Program-made: the position numbers and the translations under genes
The notes under the pieces: generated by a model
What the model saw: the letters and a program-made list of their open reading frames with translations, nothing else
Database searches by the model: none
Told to the model about the DNA's origin: nothing
Assembly: GCA_002269645.1 (NCBI GenBank)
Contig: NIVC01002247.1
Span: 1-64,000, forward strand
DNA: 64,000 bases
Source of the DNA: Macrostomum lignano
Lineage: Eukaryota
Direction of reading: 5' to 3'
In this document: one piece after another, positions 62,130-64,000 of the stretch
How positions within the stretch are numbered: the first letter of the stretch is position 1
Layout of the letters: each line of letters starts with the position of its first letter

Positions 62130-62337
62130 CATCGAAATAGTATTTATGCTTGTTATCAAAATCGATCACCCAGCAAACCCAATGAAAATCCGGCCCATCA
62201 GCGGTATCAAAGTTCATGATACCGCATTCCCTTTCAGAGGGGACTCGGCCTCGGTCCTTGCACAGTTCCTTTCTGCCATAGCGCAGTTTCGTATTGTGCT
62301 TTTGCAAGAGAGTTTTAACAGCGCCCATGAGTTCCAT
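62130..62337 (-). mobile_element. Fragment of a Maverick/Polinton (adintovirus-like) cysteine protease
   Basis: ECGIMNFDTADGPDFHWVCW...KYYFD resembles the adenain-like GIxNxD..GxHWV...YFD motif; similarity stops before the catalytic Cys region. Confidence 0.55.
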
Positions 62338-64000
62338 ACCAGGATCAGATATGCGATTTTTTCTGGTTAGGTGGGGATCACAGATACTAGGATAACTAGA
62401 TGGGCCACTCAGGCATATATACTTAGCAAAACAGCTTTCTACTTTCAGTTCAGTAGCAATGAAGAATATATATGGTATTTTATAGGAATAAAGGCAGCTG
62501 AGATGACTTTGATAAGTTTAGAAGCCAAGTGTCACGTTATTGGCGTAGCGGCTAACTATGGCTGTGACCCTTAAAAGGGCCATTTTAACAAGCGTTGCAG
62601 TAAGTCGTAGTCCCAAAACAAGTTGAAGTCAACTCTTGCAAAGCGGATTGTGTAGCGGAGCACTTGGCAATAAAGGCAGGAAACTGCCGTAGTTGTTTTT
62701 ATTGTTAATATCAATATTAGGCTTGGTTAGGACTGTCAATACACAGACTATGGCTTTCTGGGCACTGGCGGCGGCAACAACGGGTTGAATATAATTTGGA
62801 TATGAAGCCAAGTGACAGGCGAATGATGCAATGACGACGTAACGTGGTGAGCAGTGGCAATGAGCACAGTGGAGGCAGTGAGTAGCAGTGGCGAGATTGG
62901 CGTCAGCCGTGGCGTGAGACAGTCAAGTATGCGTGTGAGTAGGCTGGCCCAGACGGAGGGGCCGTGGCGAGAAATAAGGAGGCTCGAGGCAGCCAGACAG
63001 AGAGAATGAGGCAGGCACAAGGCCAAGGACCAGAACAGACAGGAACAGACAAGAACAGATAAGGACAGATAAGAACAGATAAGGACAGATAAGTGAGGAG
63101 GGCCCGCCGCCAGGCGGGGGTTTAATAAAGGAGCGCAGAGGGGGGCAGCGCGAAGCACGAGTGGTTTTCATTGGCTGGCGAGAGAACTTAAAATTATCGA
63201 TCGTGCCAATTTTATACGGTCGCGAGAGAGGATAGCAAAATATACAGTGAATTAGAAATTGCCACAAAATCGTTGGGCACTACTACAAGTAAACGTCGCA
63301 AAAACAAATGGAAAAGTTTAGTTGAAACGGTGAAACTGAAGGGTTGAAACTATAGAGAAACAGCAGTCCGACGGCCCTTTTCGGGACCACCTTAAACTGG
63401 CAACGTCACACCAAGCTTATAGACGTAAACAGCTTGCTAATTGGTTCAGCCATAGTGTACGAGTACATTAGCCACTGAAATGTACATGGCAGATTTAGGC
63501 AGGAACAACCGAGAAGGGTAATAAAAATTGGTTGGCGGGGGAAGGGGTAGAGTTGGTGGGGCGTTTCCTGTGTCTTAGCGTCTTCCTTTGTCTTAGCGTC
63601 TTTAAGCTTGGGGGTTAGGAGTCAATAAATAAGCCTTGTCTTTAAAAATACATTAAAATGCTTCGGTTTAACTTCGTACTGAACTGAAAGTAAATTTCGC
63701 ATTTAGCTTCTACTCGTATGAGCGTGGAAATACAAATATATTTAAAAATACATTTAGTTTAGACAGCCACTTTTCTACTGTATCTTTAGTTCCTTACTTA
63801 GTGCCATGAGTTTTCTGACTACAGCTTACCTATACAAAGTATTTTCGTAAAGTGCTTTTAGTGTCTCGTCTGATATTTTTAGTAAATAATTTTTAGTATA
63901 TTGGAAGTATACTATATTTTAATTAGTAAACAATTATTAGAAAATTCACGGTCCAACCCGTGCTTATATGCACATTGTGTACTAGAAAAGCTGTCGCACC

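Noticed and set aside
62560-63270. Hydrophobic minus-strand ORFs near the short gaacagataag repeat
   Set aside because: Low-complexity derived; no recognisable endonuclease, RT or membrane-protein motif.

Overview
Eukaryotic (metazoan) genomic DNA with GC-rich spliced exons and AT-rich or minisatellite-filled introns. The style suggests a Macrostomum-like flatworm, but that is inference. I assembled genes by hand from GT-AG sites with consistent codon phase: (1) 3' part of a PKD1-like polycystin (REJ-GPS-PLAT-channel, +, 535-11492); (2) a ZU5/UPA/death-domain DTHD1-like gene (+, 14698-18977); (3) an intronless SLC35G/EamA-like transporter (+, 24656-26161); (4) Sec16 (+, 30308-37754) with an apparent 1-nt frameshift, an intronic RTE LINE and a gliadin-like Q/P tail; (5) an NCOA/SRC/Taiman-like PAS-PAS-LxxLL coactivator with no visible bHLH (-, 47440-40608); (6) an intact hAT transposon (49470-54056) whose transposase carries an Ala-rich minisatellite; (7) a divergent ankyrin-repeat TRP channel (+, from 55805); (8) a Maverick/Polinton-type protease fragment. 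About 17 distinct tandem arrays are present. The most unusual signal is two sharply bounded CpG-free, TpA-rich blocks just upstream of the first coding exons of Sec16 and the NCOA-like gene. One contains a MITE whose ends and target-site duplication differ by C->T/G->A changes outside CpG context, suggesting localized RIP-like or methylation-driven hypermutation. No CRISPR, rRNA or genuine tRNA genes were seen.
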